DNA from: Escherichia phage P-GXEC-L2P5
Length of the DNA: 64,000 nt
Sequence record: PQ843332.1
Reading direction: 5' to 3' (one strand)
Shown: one piece after another, positions 1 through 9,277 of the stretch
How positions within the stretch are numbered: the stretch's first letter is position 1
Layout: each line of letters opens with the position of its first letter
Translations under genes and position numbers: made by a program
Notes under the pieces: model-generated
Database searches by the model: none
The model's input: only the letters and a program-made list of their open reading frames with translations
What the model was told of the DNA's origin: nothing

Positions 1-169
1 CGATGTTCTTTTCCACCCAATCGACGGCAACTTCGCTATAGCCGTCATCCAGCCAGCGGGTCGGATGGCGAATCATCCACGCCACCATTAACACGCCTTG
101 CACGCAATGCAGGATAAAGCCCAGCGCACCGAGCAAAAACATCAATAAGATTGCGAATACTTTATTCAT
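1..169 (-). CDS. small membrane protein, 5' part only (start codon 167..169; gene runs off the window start)
   Basis: Equivalent to the complete 80-aa ORF 49625..49867 in unit 2; hydrophobic N-terminus. Confidence 0.4.
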   Translation of the reverse strand, partial: MNKVFAILLMFLLGALGFILHCVQGVLMVAWMIRHPTRWLDDGYSEVAVDWVEKNI

Positions 170-1746
170 TGCTTAAGTCCTCGTCAGTAGCTTCCGACCA
201 CGCAGGGCGCGGGTCGTCGATTGGTGCTAACACCGGTTTGGCAGGTGCGCGCGTGATTTTATCACACAGCTTCGCCCACACTTTCGGTTTTTCGTCCTTC
301 AGTACCTTCTCGGCATCCGTAGGGCTGAGCAATGTTTCTTTGTACATCACATCGCGCTTGATCCGGGCCTTCGTGAAGATTTCAATAACTTCGCTCTCGT
401 CCGCCCACTTACGGATCCCTTCCTTACCGGCAACCATCTTGAGGCCCAGCGATTCGCCATCGCCCGCTCGCTCTCATCCGCCCACTTACGGATCCCTTCC
501 TTACCGGCAACCATCTTGAGGCCCAGCGATTCGCCATCGCCCGCCATTACCGCTTTGAATACCGCGGACTCGATAGCTTTGATGTGCTGGCGCATTGCGT
601 CCAGGCCTTCATAAGCCTTGCGCAGTTCTGCGGCGGTCATAGCGCCGGGGGCCGCTTCTTTCTTGCCACGCTTAGCACGTCGTGCCGCTTTGCGGGCTTC
701 GCGGGCCATATTGCGGTCGTGATTGGCGCATTCTTCCTCTGTCGCAATACTCACGTCGTCGCCCAGGTCTTCGTCTGTTGCCGTTGGTGGGGTCATCGTG
801 TCGATTGCAGCCTTAGCGCGGGCGCTACACTGATCCGCAAATCTGCACCACTGACACGCATCAACGCTCGGTCGGAAGTCGGCACGGGTTAGTCCCTTTT
901 TGCCGCGGGCGTACGCTTCCAGGGCGGCGATAGCACGCTTGGACGCAAACTTCGCGAATATCTCCAGGGCTTCTACCGAAATATCCCACTCCGACGCCCC
1001 GCCGCAATACGGCTGGAAGATAACCAGGCGCACGGTCGTAATGTCGTACATGGTTTTCAGCTTGCGCAGCAGGCCCAGCGCATACAACATAAGCTGTTTG
1101 TTTTCTTTCGCCTCGACCTTATGCCACCCAGTCTTCAGGTCGCCAACAATCAGCATGTACGTACCGTCGGTCTTCTTCATGACCATGACCATATCTGCAG
1201 TACCGAACGTCTTAACCCGGTTGCCGTCGATCTCGTAGTCTGAGTGAAGGACGCGGGTCAGATCGGCGCGCATCTCAAGCTGGACAAACTCTGCCACTTC
1301 GAGGAGCGGTCGCCACCTGAGTGAAGGACGCGGGTCAGATCGGCGCGCATCTCAAGCTGGACAAACTCCGCCACTTCGAGGAGCGGTCGCCAGTGGTCGA
1401 TGTACGCGTCGCACTGTTTCACCATGTCGTCGTTGACCAGTACGCCGCCTTTCGGCGCTTTCGGGTGCGCCTTTACTGGCCCCTTGCCTTCATTCTCGAC
1501 GTAGCACCCTTTGTACGTCTTCGCGGTTATCATCTTCTCACCGGCAATGATGCGGTTGAGCACGACTTCAGATACGGTGTGCATACTCGTACCGTTAATC
1601 GCCGCTTGCCCGGATTCGTTCGGGATATCTTTTTCCACCACCAGGGCGGCGGGGCAACCCATCCATTTTTTAGACCCGGACGGGCCGAGTAATGAATGCT
1701 CCGTGTTGCTACCGGATTGCGTTTTACGTTTTGGTTTAATCGCCAT
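162..1746 (-). CDS. DUF2800-type PD-(D/E)XK nuclease (Cas4/RecB-like); frame broken by tandem duplications 391..544 and about 1240..1392
   Basis: N-terminus LLGPSGSKKWMGCPA, IVGDLKTG...K core, C-terminal CQWCRFADQC cysteine cluster; the intact unit-2 fragment is a single 391-aa ORF. Confidence 0.7.
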
Positions 1747-1822
1747 TATTCCACCCGTGTAAACTGTAATGAGTGTTCTGTATTGCTACCGGATTGCGTT
1801 TTACGTTTTGGTTTAATCGCCA

Positions 1823-2002
1823 TTATTCCACCCGTGTAAACTGGACAATTACATATTTCACATTAGCCTTGCCCGCTTTTTCGCCGCGGCGCTTAACTTC
1901 ATTTTGTGCGTCCGCAAAGCAATTGCTTTCGTTGGTGTTTTCAACAATAAAAGAGCAATGGTCGTCTAATTTGTGGCATGTTGCCAGGACGAAGAATTTC
2001 AT
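1823..2002 (-). CDS. small hypothetical protein (59 aa)
   Basis: Hand-translated MKFFVLATCH...; GGGAGA RBS; TAATG stop/start overlap with the upstream gene; diverged homolog in unit 2. Confidence 0.4.
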   Translation of the reverse strand: MKFFVLATCHKLDDHCSFIVENTNESNCFADAQNEVKRRGEKAGKANVKYVIVQFTRVE

Positions 2003-2253
2003 TATTTTGTCTCCCAGCGGTCAATTGTTCTTGCTTCTGATGCAACGGCGAAGCGAACATATTCCAGATTGGAATCGGCCCAAATATAAAAGTCGGGATT
2101 AGTAAAGGTGGTGCGCTTAATTTGCGCGGGGGTGTTGCGGCGTTTGTCTATTACAGCCACGCGCGACCGAAAATTGCCGATGCGTTCGAATAGCCAATAA
2201 TATGGGCGTTGGTCGCGGGAGTCCACCGCCTCGATTAGCGTGAAGCGTGCCAT
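2002..2253 (-). CDS. hypothetical protein (83 aa)
   Basis: ORF conserved in unit 2 (51623..51874). Confidence 0.55.
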   Translation of the reverse strand: MARFTLIEAVDSRDQRPYYWLFERIGNFRSRVAVIDKRRNTPAQIKRTTFTNPDFYIWADSNLEYVRFAVASEARTIDRWETK

Positions 2254-2301
2254 TGTCTCGTCCTCTAAAAAGAGGCCCGCTAATATGCGGGCCGGATAAT
2301 A

Positions 2302-2427
2302 TTAATCTTCACCGCCGAGTTGTTTATAAACCTCGTCCGGGTCGTCGCCTCTTTCTTCGCAGAAGGCGGTGAATGCCGCCCAATTTTCTGCTATGAAATC
2401 GAGCATGATTCTCATTTCATAGTCCAT
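2302..2427 (-). CDS. small hypothetical protein (41 aa)
   Basis: Hand-translated MDYEMRIMLDFIAENW...; start directly after the upstream stop; conserved in unit 2. Confidence 0.35.
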   Translation of the reverse strand: MDYEMRIMLDFIAENWAAFTAFCEERGDDPDEVYKQLGGED

Positions 2428-2431
2428 GATA

Positions 2432-2950
2432 TTAGTCTTCCAGTTCGAAATAAGTCTCGACGATTTCTTTTAAATCTTTGTGGAAGTCTTCGACGTCGTC
2501 GTCTTCCAGCTTGGCGATTGATTTGATCTCGAACGCTTCCAGCAGGTCGTCAAATTCGTCGTTAGCATCGTCGTCATCACCACCGGCGATAATCGCGGCA
2601 TACTGTTTGATTTCGTCGCGCATCTCTGCCAGCGGATCGGCATCTTTCTTACCTTTGCCTTTCGCCGGTGCTTTTTTAGCCTTAGCCGGTTTTTCGTCTT
2701 CGGCGTCTTCGTCGTCGTCATCTTCTACGACTTCTTTTTTGGCCTTACCCTTCGCCGGTGCTTTTTTAGCTTTAGCCGGTTTTTCGTCTTCGGCTTCATC
2801 GTCGCCATCTTCGACAACTTCTTTTTTGGCCTTAGACGGCTTCTTGTCGTCCTGCTTACCAACGGCAGCGCCAACGGTTTCATAATGCTTAGCGATGACT
2901 TCCAGTGCTACTACGCCGCGAGTGATCAGGTTTACGATTTGCTCAAACAT
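2432..2950 (-). CDS. acidic/lysine-rich repeat protein, first gene of the leftward operon
   Basis: Internal in-frame repeat EVVED(D)..EDEKPAKAKKAPAKGK twice, poly-D/E tracts, GGAG RBS. Confidence 0.6.
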   Translation of the reverse strand: MFEQIVNLITRGVVALEVIAKHYETVGAAVGKQDDKKPSKAKKEVVEDGDDEAEDEKPAKAKKAPAKGKAKKEVVEDDDDEDAEDEKPAKAKKAPAKGKGKKDADPLAEMRDEIKQYAAIIAGGDDDDANDEFDDLLEAFEIKSIAKLEDDDVEDFHKDLKEIVETYFELED

Positions 2951-3264
2951 GGTATATCTCCGATTGGTTAAGTTTAGGTGTCGGCAGTTAACTTCGTCGG
3001 TGGCCTTAACATATTGCCAGGTTGCGCGTTCTCCCGTTCGGGTAGTGGACCTGGTTATATAATCACGGTTGGGAATCCTGACACTTCGATCCGGCCCCTG
3101 CGTTGCCCCTCCTTTCGGGTAGTGGACCTGGTTATATAATCACGGTTGGGAATCCTGACACTTCGATCCGGCCCCTGCGTTGCCCCTCTCCAGTTTGCGT
3201 CCTGCATCCTGTCGACGAGGTGAATGATAGATTGGTTGCAGGATGGGTGTCAACAACTAATTTC

Positions 3265-3298
3265 AAAAAAAAAGCGCCGAGGCAAAATGCGACGGCGC
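3265..3298 (-). terminator. rho-independent terminator on the minus strand inside the control region
   Basis: Stem GCGCCG/CGGCGC with 13-nt loop followed on the minus strand by a 9-10 T run; stem conserved in unit 2. Confidence 0.5.
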
Positions 3299-3369
3299 TA
3301 ACCAATAAGAGACAATGAGACGGGAATTATTATTACACGCGTGCGCGCCCGTTTCAATATCCAAAGGAT

Positions 3370-3398
3370 TTGACACCATGCAGTTTTAGGTGTAGTTT
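3370..3398 (+). promoter_or_regulatory. candidate sigma70-like promoter for the rightward operon
   Basis: Perfect TTGACA at 3370..3375, 17-bp spacer, weak -10 TAGTTT; conserved in unit 2. Confidence 0.35.
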
Positions 3399-3429
3399 CG
3401 TTGGTCATTAACCAACAGGAGACTGAATT

Positions 3430-3759
3430 ATGAATATCAAAGAAGCAATTGAAGTGTTATCTAATGCAATCCGCGGCGAAGCGGGTAAATCCTGGTATTA
3501 CACAAATGCGGTGGATACTCTGTTATTTGAAGTGTCCAGATTATCGCGTGCTGAGAAGGAGCTTACCGCGAAGCTGGAATTGCTCAACGGCACGGCAGCA
3601 AGCAAGCTGCAAAAACACAATGAAGAAATGGAAGAATACAAAAAGCAGGTTATCCGTTTGCGCAATGAGGGAAAGTCATGGGCAATGATCGCCGAGTTGA
3701 CCGGAATTAATCAGAGCACAGTGCGCTCCTGGGTACGCAATAATAAAACTTCAAAGTAA
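3430..3759 (+). CDS. HTH DNA-binding regulator
   Basis: C-terminal GKSWAMIAELTGINQSTVRSWV helix-turn-helix; first gene of the rightward operon. Confidence 0.6.
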   Translation: MNIKEAIEVLSNAIRGEAGKSWYYTNAVDTLLFEVSRLSRAEKELTAKLELLNGTAASKLQKHNEEMEEYKKQVIRLRNEGKSWAMIAELTGINQSTVRSWVRNNKTSK

Positions 3760-3846
3760 GGCAACGGCAATGAGCTTGATTAAATTCGCTGTAACACGAC
3801 CCGCTAAAAAAGGCGAAAAAGCCAGGTTCGAAGTAAGGCAACGGCA

Positions 3847-6111
3847 ATGAGCTTAATTAAATTCGCTGTAACACGACCCGCTAAAAAAGGCGAAAAAGCC
3901 AGGGCGGAAAACTTCCAGATGACTACCGAAGAGTTTTTCGAATTTATCAATGATGCGAAAGAAATCTCCTCGGTGCATATCAACAAAACGGAAGATAAAG
4001 CGGAGTATGCGCGCCGCAAGCGTAAGGCTGATGGGATTGTGGCTTATACCAGTGACGGATTACGCCGCAAGACCAGTGCGGTGGATCGCTCGATCCTGTT
4101 CTTCGATATTGACCGTACCGACACCCGCACCCTGCGCCGCTGCCGTAAGGCGTTCATCGACGCGGGACTGGAACATGTATTTCACACCACAACCGGCGAT
4201 CGCCACCCGCTGAAAGGTGGCACGCGTTGCGCTCGTTTCCTGGTGCTCACTGACAAGCCTGTACCGGCTGAAGACCTGGGCCGCGTCCAGTATGCACTAT
4301 TACACCAACTGGGCCTGTCAGATGTGGACTTCGACGATTGCACGAAAGACACAAACCGCCTTATGTACCTGCCTCACCAGCAATCGGTTGTTAAGTGTCA
4401 CTACGGCAAACGTGCCCGCGTCCGTCGTCTGCTTCGCCTGGCTGATAAGCTGGGAGTGGAAAAAGAGGAAGTACGCCGCGAGCTTACCCATGGCGACGAC
4501 GCAGTGGCAGACGGCATTCTGGACTGGTGCTTCCAGGCCGGATTCGAGGAGTTATCTTCTGGTCGCGGTTATGAAGTGCCGTGCCCGAACGAACATCTGC
4601 ATAGTGGCGAAGGGTCCACCGCTATCATGGTTAAGGATGGCGAGATCCGTTTCAAGTGTATGCACACCGGCAACGAGTGCTGTTCCGAACTGAACAGACA
4701 CCAGCACCTGGCGCTACGTCTTATCGGGATCCCGGACCACCTGAACGTCGAACCGCACAACATGTCACGTAAGCAAATCGCCGCCATCCTCCCAGGACTG
4801 GACGACGAGGAAGTGGAATCGTGCTATGCGCATATCGTTGATGCGGTCGGAGACGGCGACGAGTACGGCGGATGTACGGACGCAGACTTGGACAACGAGC
4901 CGGTTGCACTGTTCAGCAAGCACGACCCGATCATCGAGGGGTTGATTAACTTTAAATCGACCTGGTATCTTGCCGGTGAGTCGAACATCGGTAAGTCGTT
5001 CTATGTGCTGGGGCAAATGGGTGCGGTTGCCGCGGGGATTCCGTTCGGCGGCGCGAAGGTCGTCCAGTCTCATTGCTTCTATTTCGACGCGGAAGGTGGC
5101 GAAGCCTCCAACCAGCGTAAGGAAGCATTGCAGATTAAATATGAGCACGACCTGGACAAGCTGCACATTATCGATCTGCAATCACGCGGCTGGGATATCA
5201 CCAGCAAATCCGGCTTGCGTGAAGTTATCAGCTTCATCAACCGCACCGCTAACGGCGAGCCGGTTGGCCTGGTGGCGTTCGACTCACTCAACCAGACTGT
5301 TGCGCTGCGGTCCGCCGATGCTAAACCGTTCGACGAGAACAACGCCAGCGATATGGGTGAAGTGGTCAAAGCGCTGAAGGCCATTGCGGAAAATACAGGC
5401 GGCAGTGCGGGCGTCATCCACCACCCGGCGAAGGGTGCAAACGGCAGCAGATCTCCCCGTGGGTCCGGCGCGCTGCATGGCGCTGTCGATTCTGCGTTCT
5501 TCCTCGAGCAACCGGACGACAATCAGCCGGGCCAATTGAACCTGTATCACGAAAAGGCGCGTAACGGCATCAAGCAAGCGCCGCGCGGCTTCGTCCTGCT
5601 CAAGTGCAAGGTTAAGGTGGATCTCCGCAAGTCCGAAGCGTTCGAATCACACCAGTCCACCAGCACCGGGCCTGACTTCGGCGACGTGGTTGCCGGTTGG
5701 GACGTCAAGCCAATTGCATCCACGCCACGCGACGAGACTCTTTATCTCGTACCTGTCGCCCTGGCACCGTTCGCCATCGAACAGGCGAAGGCCGCGGGCA
5801 AGGCCGCAGTTAAGGATGAGAACGCCGCAGGACCGCGCAATGAAAAAGAGAAAGTGCTTTATGCGGCACTGGAAAAACTGATGGAAGATAACCCGGACCA
5901 TACCGGATTCAGTAAATCGGCAATTGTCCGCCAGGCGGGATTGGCAAAAGGTGGCACATCGACGAAGGCAATAGACGATATGGTGGAGCGCGGCGTGCTC
6001 GGTTTTTATACAGATCCGCACACCGGGGCCATCTATGGGTCGTCGAATATCGTCATTAAAACGAATATACCCATCACGCTTTCTGCGACCGATGACGATC
6101 TGAAAGATTAA
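3847..6111 (+). CDS. DNA primase/helicase (AEP primase-polymerase domain plus RecA-like P-loop NTPase)
   Basis: LFFDIDRTD and HVFHTTTG primase motifs; Walker A-like GESNIGKSFYVLG; 754 aa; start region duplicated at about 3770/3847. Confidence 0.85.
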   Translation: MSLIKFAVTRPAKKGEKARAENFQMTTEEFFEFINDAKEISSVHINKTEDKAEYARRKRKADGIVAYTSDGLRRKTSAVDRSILFFDIDRTDTRTLRRCRKAFIDAGLEHVFHTTTGDRHPLKGGTRCARFLVLTDKPVPAEDLGRVQYALLHQLGLSDVDFDDCTKDTNRLMYLPHQQSVVKCHYGKRARVRRLLRLADKLGVEKEEVRRELTHGDDAVADGILDWCFQAGFEELSSGRGYEVPCPNEHLHSGEGSTAIMVKDGEIRFKCMHTGNECCSELNRHQHLALRLIGIPDHLNVEPHNMSRKQIAAILPGLDDEEVESCYAHIVDAVGDGDEYGGCTDADLDNEPVALFSKHDPIIEGLINFKSTWYLAGESNIGKSFYVLGQMGAVAAGIPFGGAKVVQSHCFYFDAEGGEASNQRKEALQIKYEHDLDKLHIIDLQSRGWDITSKSGLREVISFINRTANGEPVGLVAFDSLNQTVALRSADAKPFDENNASDMGEVVKALKAIAENTGGSAGVIHHPAKGANGSRSPRGSGALHGAVDSAFFLEQPDDNQPGQLNLYHEKARNGIKQAPRGFVLLKCKVKVDLRKSEAFESHQSTSTGPDFGDVVAGWDVKPIASTPRDETLYLVPVALAPFAIEQAKAAGKAAVKDENAAGPRNEKEKVLYAALEKLMEDNPDHTGFSKSAIVRQAGLAKGGTSTKAIDDMVERGVLGFYTDPHTGAIYGSSNIVIKTNIPITLSATDDDLKD

Positions 6112-6255
6112 ATCCTGCGCGCATTGGTTGCCGGTATGGGAATTCCCATATCGCTAAAAGGTTAAATTTTGCGCGCATTGGTTGCCATTTTGAGTGTTTT
6201 TATCGGGTCGTATTGGTTGCCGTGTAGTGTAAATATAATGAATAGTTATGCAGTT

Positions 6256-6428
6256 TTATTGCATAAAGTAAGCGGGACAGAAAGCGGGACAAACAAGGGG
6301 CGGGACAAAGCGGGACAGCACCCCCGTCCCGCCCCGTATGGCGCGGCCTGGAGAGGAGCGGGACAGGCGGGACAACCCCCAGTCTTTCAGACTAGACGGG
6401 GGTCAGCGGCCCCCCTCGTCTGAGACTG
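6256..6428. repeat. iteron array: six GCGGGACA direct repeats preceded by TGCATAAA, then a GC-rich imperfect hairpin
   Basis: GCGGGACA at 6272, 6284, 6299, 6310, 6358, 6367; inverted repeat cagtctttcagactagacggggg / cccccctcgtctgagactg. Confidence 0.7.
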
Positions 6429-6645
6429 AATAAAATCCGGGGATTGCAAAATACACGGCAGCATGATGCGAAGTGCGGTCGCGGATGAACTAGGCAACCA
6501 ATGCGAGTTGCATTATGCGAAGTGAAAAATGCGGTTTGCAGTCACAGCAGATAGCGATCAACTTTTTCATGCGCGTGATTAATATTGGTTGCGTTCCGCC
6601 TGGCACCTTGCTATATTGGTTGCACCCCAACATGAGGACTGAACA

Positions 6646-6972
6646 ATGAAAGCGATTATCTGGAATTACGCAATGGCTATGGCGGCGGCACAAGAAGCGG
6701 CGGAGTTCGCCGGTGAAGGAGCGGAAGCGGTCGAAAGACTATCGGCAGCGTGGTCCGTTGTTCGCGTCACGCAGCAGGCCATCGCTTGTATGCTGGAGCG
6801 CCGCTTCGACACGATGGCGGAGATCCAGCCACTGGCGAACGCAATCCAGGACTACGCGCTTGCATTTGCCCGTGAGCGCCTTGCGTATCGCTTCGGGATC
6901 GGCGAGACGGCAGTGACAAACGTCGCCCGGATTAAAGCCCAGCGTGAACTATTCGCCCAGCTTGCGAAATAA
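6646..6972 (+). CDS. hypothetical protein (108 aa, alanine-rich helical)
   Basis: ORF conserved in unit 2 (56423..56749). Confidence 0.55.
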   Translation: MKAIIWNYAMAMAAAQEAAEFAGEGAEAVERLSAAWSVVRVTQQAIACMLERRFDTMAEIQPLANAIQDYALAFARERLAYRFGIGETAVTNVARIKAQRELFAQLAK

Positions 6973-7209
6973 GGGGCCAAAATGAGCCGTTGACGCAGAC
7001 TCGCTACTTGCACCAGTTCGCAGCGCAACACGATTTCAGGGTGCGGACTTCCTTGCAACCAATGGGAATACGCAGACACGCTACTTGCACCAGTTCGCAG
7101 CAAAACACGATTTCAGGGTGCGGACTTCCTTGCAACCAATGGGAATTCGTATTACATTACGCCGGAAGCCCGCCGTTGAGCGGGTAGGCAAACACTGGAG
7201 ACTGAGCAA

Positions 7210-7464
7210 ATGACGCCAATGCAAATAACGCTAATGGCAGGGTATTCGCAGGAGTTTATCGACCTCGTATCCTGCTATGACGACTACACCCATTACGGCA
7301 TCGCTACGGTATGCGACGGCGACAACCTTACAGCCGACGAGCTTGATGAGGTCGACGACTACACTACCGAGGAACTTTGCGCGCTGATGTGCGGCGTGCC
7401 TGTATGGGCGAAAGAGTCCCCACTAGCCGCAGACGGCGACAACATGTACAGGTACAGAAAGTAA
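7210..7464 (+). CDS. small protein whose C-terminal ~45 aa mimic the DNA polymerase C-terminus; absent from unit 2
   Basis: DDYTTEELCALMCGVPVWAKESPLAADGDNMYRYRK versus polymerase DDYTTEELCALMCDLPIWAKGFPLAAEGDCMYRYRK. Confidence 0.5.
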   Translation: MTPMQITLMAGYSQEFIDLVSCYDDYTHYGIATVCDGDNLTADELDEVDDYTTEELCALMCGVPVWAKESPLAADGDNMYRYRK

Positions 7465-7536
7465 GATTATGAAAGCATCGATTAGCAAAACATTAAACTT
7501 CCCCGCAGCACGGTTAAACTTTAAGGAGACAGAACA

Positions 7537-8109
7537 ATGAAATTACTATTCCGCCGTAAGCACGATGGCCGTATCCTGAAGCCGATCCAAACCCTGGATT
7601 CCCACGTCCGCTTACAAAACGCGGCTGGCGGTCGGGTGTGGTGGGCAAAGAAATACACGCTGCCGGAAAACTTCGACGTACTAACTCACGATATCGAGCG
7701 CGGCGATGTGCTGCGTGATATTCGCGACGGCGGATTGTGGGTCGTCGAGTATGTCGGCCGTCATGGCCTGCGTATGCAATCCCGCAAGGATGGCGTAGTG
7801 GGTAACATACAGAGGGGTATGACGTACTTTGGGCTAATCAACTACGAGCGAGTGGGGCGCAAGTACAGCCTGCGCGACCGCCAGCCTCATGAGCGCGTTG
7901 AGTTCCGCAAGTCGCAGCCCGCGTATGCCACTTACGACGCGAGCAAAGTGATGGAGCCGATCCGCCAGGCCACGCGTGAGATAGTCAATCGCTTTGATGC
8001 CGTGACGAATGCACAGCGCCAGGCGCGGGAATACGGTGTGGGATTTATCCGTGTCGAACCAGACGGCAGCATGAAGGCCATCGACCCGCGCTCGGTGATT
8101 ATGAAATGA
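7537..8109 (+). CDS. hypothetical protein (190 aa)
   Basis: ORF with GGAGA RBS; conserved in unit 2 (57025..57567). Confidence 0.55.
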   Translation: MKLLFRRKHDGRILKPIQTLDSHVRLQNAAGGRVWWAKKYTLPENFDVLTHDIERGDVLRDIRDGGLWVVEYVGRHGLRMQSRKDGVVGNIQRGMTYFGLINYERVGRKYSLRDRQPHERVEFRKSQPAYATYDASKVMEPIRQATREIVNRFDAVTNAQRQAREYGVGFIRVEPDGSMKAIDPRSVIMK

Positions 8110-8252
8110 GTGCGTCTATCCGTGATATGCTCATGCACAACCGCTTTGAGATAGGCGGTCGGGTGTTTCGCAATTACTTCGTGGCGCGTGCATGGGCGCG
8201 CCATATTGGCAAACCGGAAGGGGCAATTCGATGCTATACGTCTTCGCGGTAG
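8106..8252 (+). CDS. small hypothetical protein (48 aa)
   Basis: ATGA overlap with the upstream stop; conserved in unit 2. Confidence 0.3.
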   Translation: MSASIRDMLMHNRFEIGGRVFRNYFVARAWARHIGKPEGAIRCYTSSR

Positions 8253-8316
8253 TATGTGGCGGTAGTCTGGCGGCCCTGGTGCTGTTGGCGTCGGTTATTA
8301 GTCTGGTTAAATACCT

Positions 8317-8616
8317 ATGGGGCAGATTATGATTCATGATGTGATTTATTGGTTTGGTATGGCCAGCATGTTATGCCTGGTTACGGGAGTGCTGGGCGCA
8401 ATATGGGTATTCCTGGTATGGCCTGCGGTGGAAGCTGCCAGCATTACCCGGATGACATTCGAGATCTACAAGCGCCGTGGAATAACGGAGCACCCGACCA
8501 GGCTTCGGATGTGGTGGCTGTGGTATCGGGATATGATAGGCGGTCGAACATTCGAAGCCGTCCGCTCATCCGGGTGGGAGTGGAAAGGCGTCGGCAAGTT
8601 GTCCGTTTTCGATTAA
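8317..8616 (+). CDS. small membrane protein (lysis-associated candidate)
   Basis: Hydrophobic segment FGMASMLCLVTGVLGAIWVFLVW; identical ORF in unit 2. Confidence 0.45.
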   Translation: MGQIMIHDVIYWFGMASMLCLVTGVLGAIWVFLVWPAVEAASITRMTFEIYKRRGITEHPTRLRMWWLWYRDMIGGRTFEAVRSSGWEWKGVGKLSVFD

Positions 8617-8668
8617 TTATGCAAGCGTGATATAGTCCCAGTGAGCTAAAACTTACTGGGACTTTTTT

Positions 8669-9007
8669 ATGGATAAGCTAAACGAGTGGTTATTCGCCCT
8701 CGCATGTCTGGCTGGCGGCTTCGTAGGCGCACGCATTCATGGCGAGGCTACGAAAGGGCCGCTAAACTTCGTGTTATATATCGTGGTCGGCTTCTTGTGT
8801 GCCGTTTTTGGCGCTCCAGCGATTGCCGAGTGGGCGGGCTTATCTGGTGAGCGCACTGTCGCCGGTTTGGGGTTCGTAACTGCAATCTTCTGGATGCCAA
8901 TAGCCGCCCGGATCAGGGAGACTATTGAGTCGTTCCGACTTCCGGGGGCGCAAAATGATTATCTCCGTCCTGTTGTTTGTTATCATCGGGGCTTCGTCCC
9001 TGTTTAA
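8669..9007 (+). CDS. holin-like membrane protein; C-terminus differs from unit 2 by a 1-nt indel
   Basis: Two or three predicted transmembrane segments; directly upstream of the endolysin. Confidence 0.5.
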   Translation: MDKLNEWLFALACLAGGFVGARIHGEATKGPLNFVLYIVVGFLCAVFGAPAIAEWAGLSGERTVAGLGFVTAIFWMPIAARIRETIESFRLPGAQNDYLRPVVCYHRGFVPV

Positions 9008-9031
9008 CGTGTATGCGCCGGGGGGCGCAAA

Positions 9032-9277
9032 ATGATTATCTCCGTCCTGTTGTTTGTTATCATCGGGGCTTCGTCCCTGTTTAACGTGTATGCGCCGTCC
9101 GTCCGGGATGGCATTTTCGGTCGGGTGCTATATCTGCTAACGGCGATGATCTGCGTTATCGGATTGTTGCAAACAGGAGACGTATCTGACACCACCTGGA
9201 CCGCGTTAATCTGGCTGTTTGCATTGCGCACGCTGCGTAATGCTGTTTTGAATGGGGTAAAACATGCGATTCAGTGA
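9032..9277 (+). CDS. small membrane protein (holin/antiholin candidate)
   Basis: MIISVLLFVIIGASSLF and LLTAMICVIGLL hydrophobic segments; overlaps the endolysin start. Confidence 0.5.
   Translation: MIISVLLFVIIGASSLFNVYAPSVRDGIFGRVLYLLTAMICVIGLLQTGDVSDTTWTALIWLFALRTLRNAVLNGVKHAIQ

Noticed and set aside
151-1692. Plus-strand ORFs 151..519, 584..892, 900..1238 and 1321..1692
   Set aside because: They are antisense to the DUF2800 nuclease gene, have low-complexity translations and lack start signals.
2478-2885. Serine-rich plus-strand ORF opposite the acidic repeat gene
   Set aside because: It is the antisense translation of the GA-rich repeat codons.
3040-3190. tRNA-like GGTTGGGAATCC and TTCGATCC stretches
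   Set aside because: No acceptor, D or anticodon stems could be paired around them; the segment is also partly an artefact duplication.
3103-3318. ORF in the divergent control region
   Set aside because: It spans an artefact duplication and the minus-strand terminator, and has no RBS.
2965-3400. TTTAGGTG boxes resembling the start of the SP6 RNA polymerase promoter
   Set aside because: Only the first 8 bases match, the rest of the SP6/T7-type consensus is absent, and no phage RNA polymerase gene exists in the genome.
4217-5577. Several overlapping ORFs on both strands inside the primase-helicase gene
   Set aside because: They are alternate-frame or antisense translations of a gene with strong primase and P-loop motifs.
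6169-6423. 84-aa ORF across the iteron array
   Set aside because: The translation is glycine/arginine-rich repeat sequence generated by the GCGGGACA repeats.
6256-6428. Possible CRISPR array suggested by the repeated GGGACA units
   Set aside because: Units are only 8-9 bp with 3-5 bp gaps, there are no uniform spacers, and no cas genes are present.
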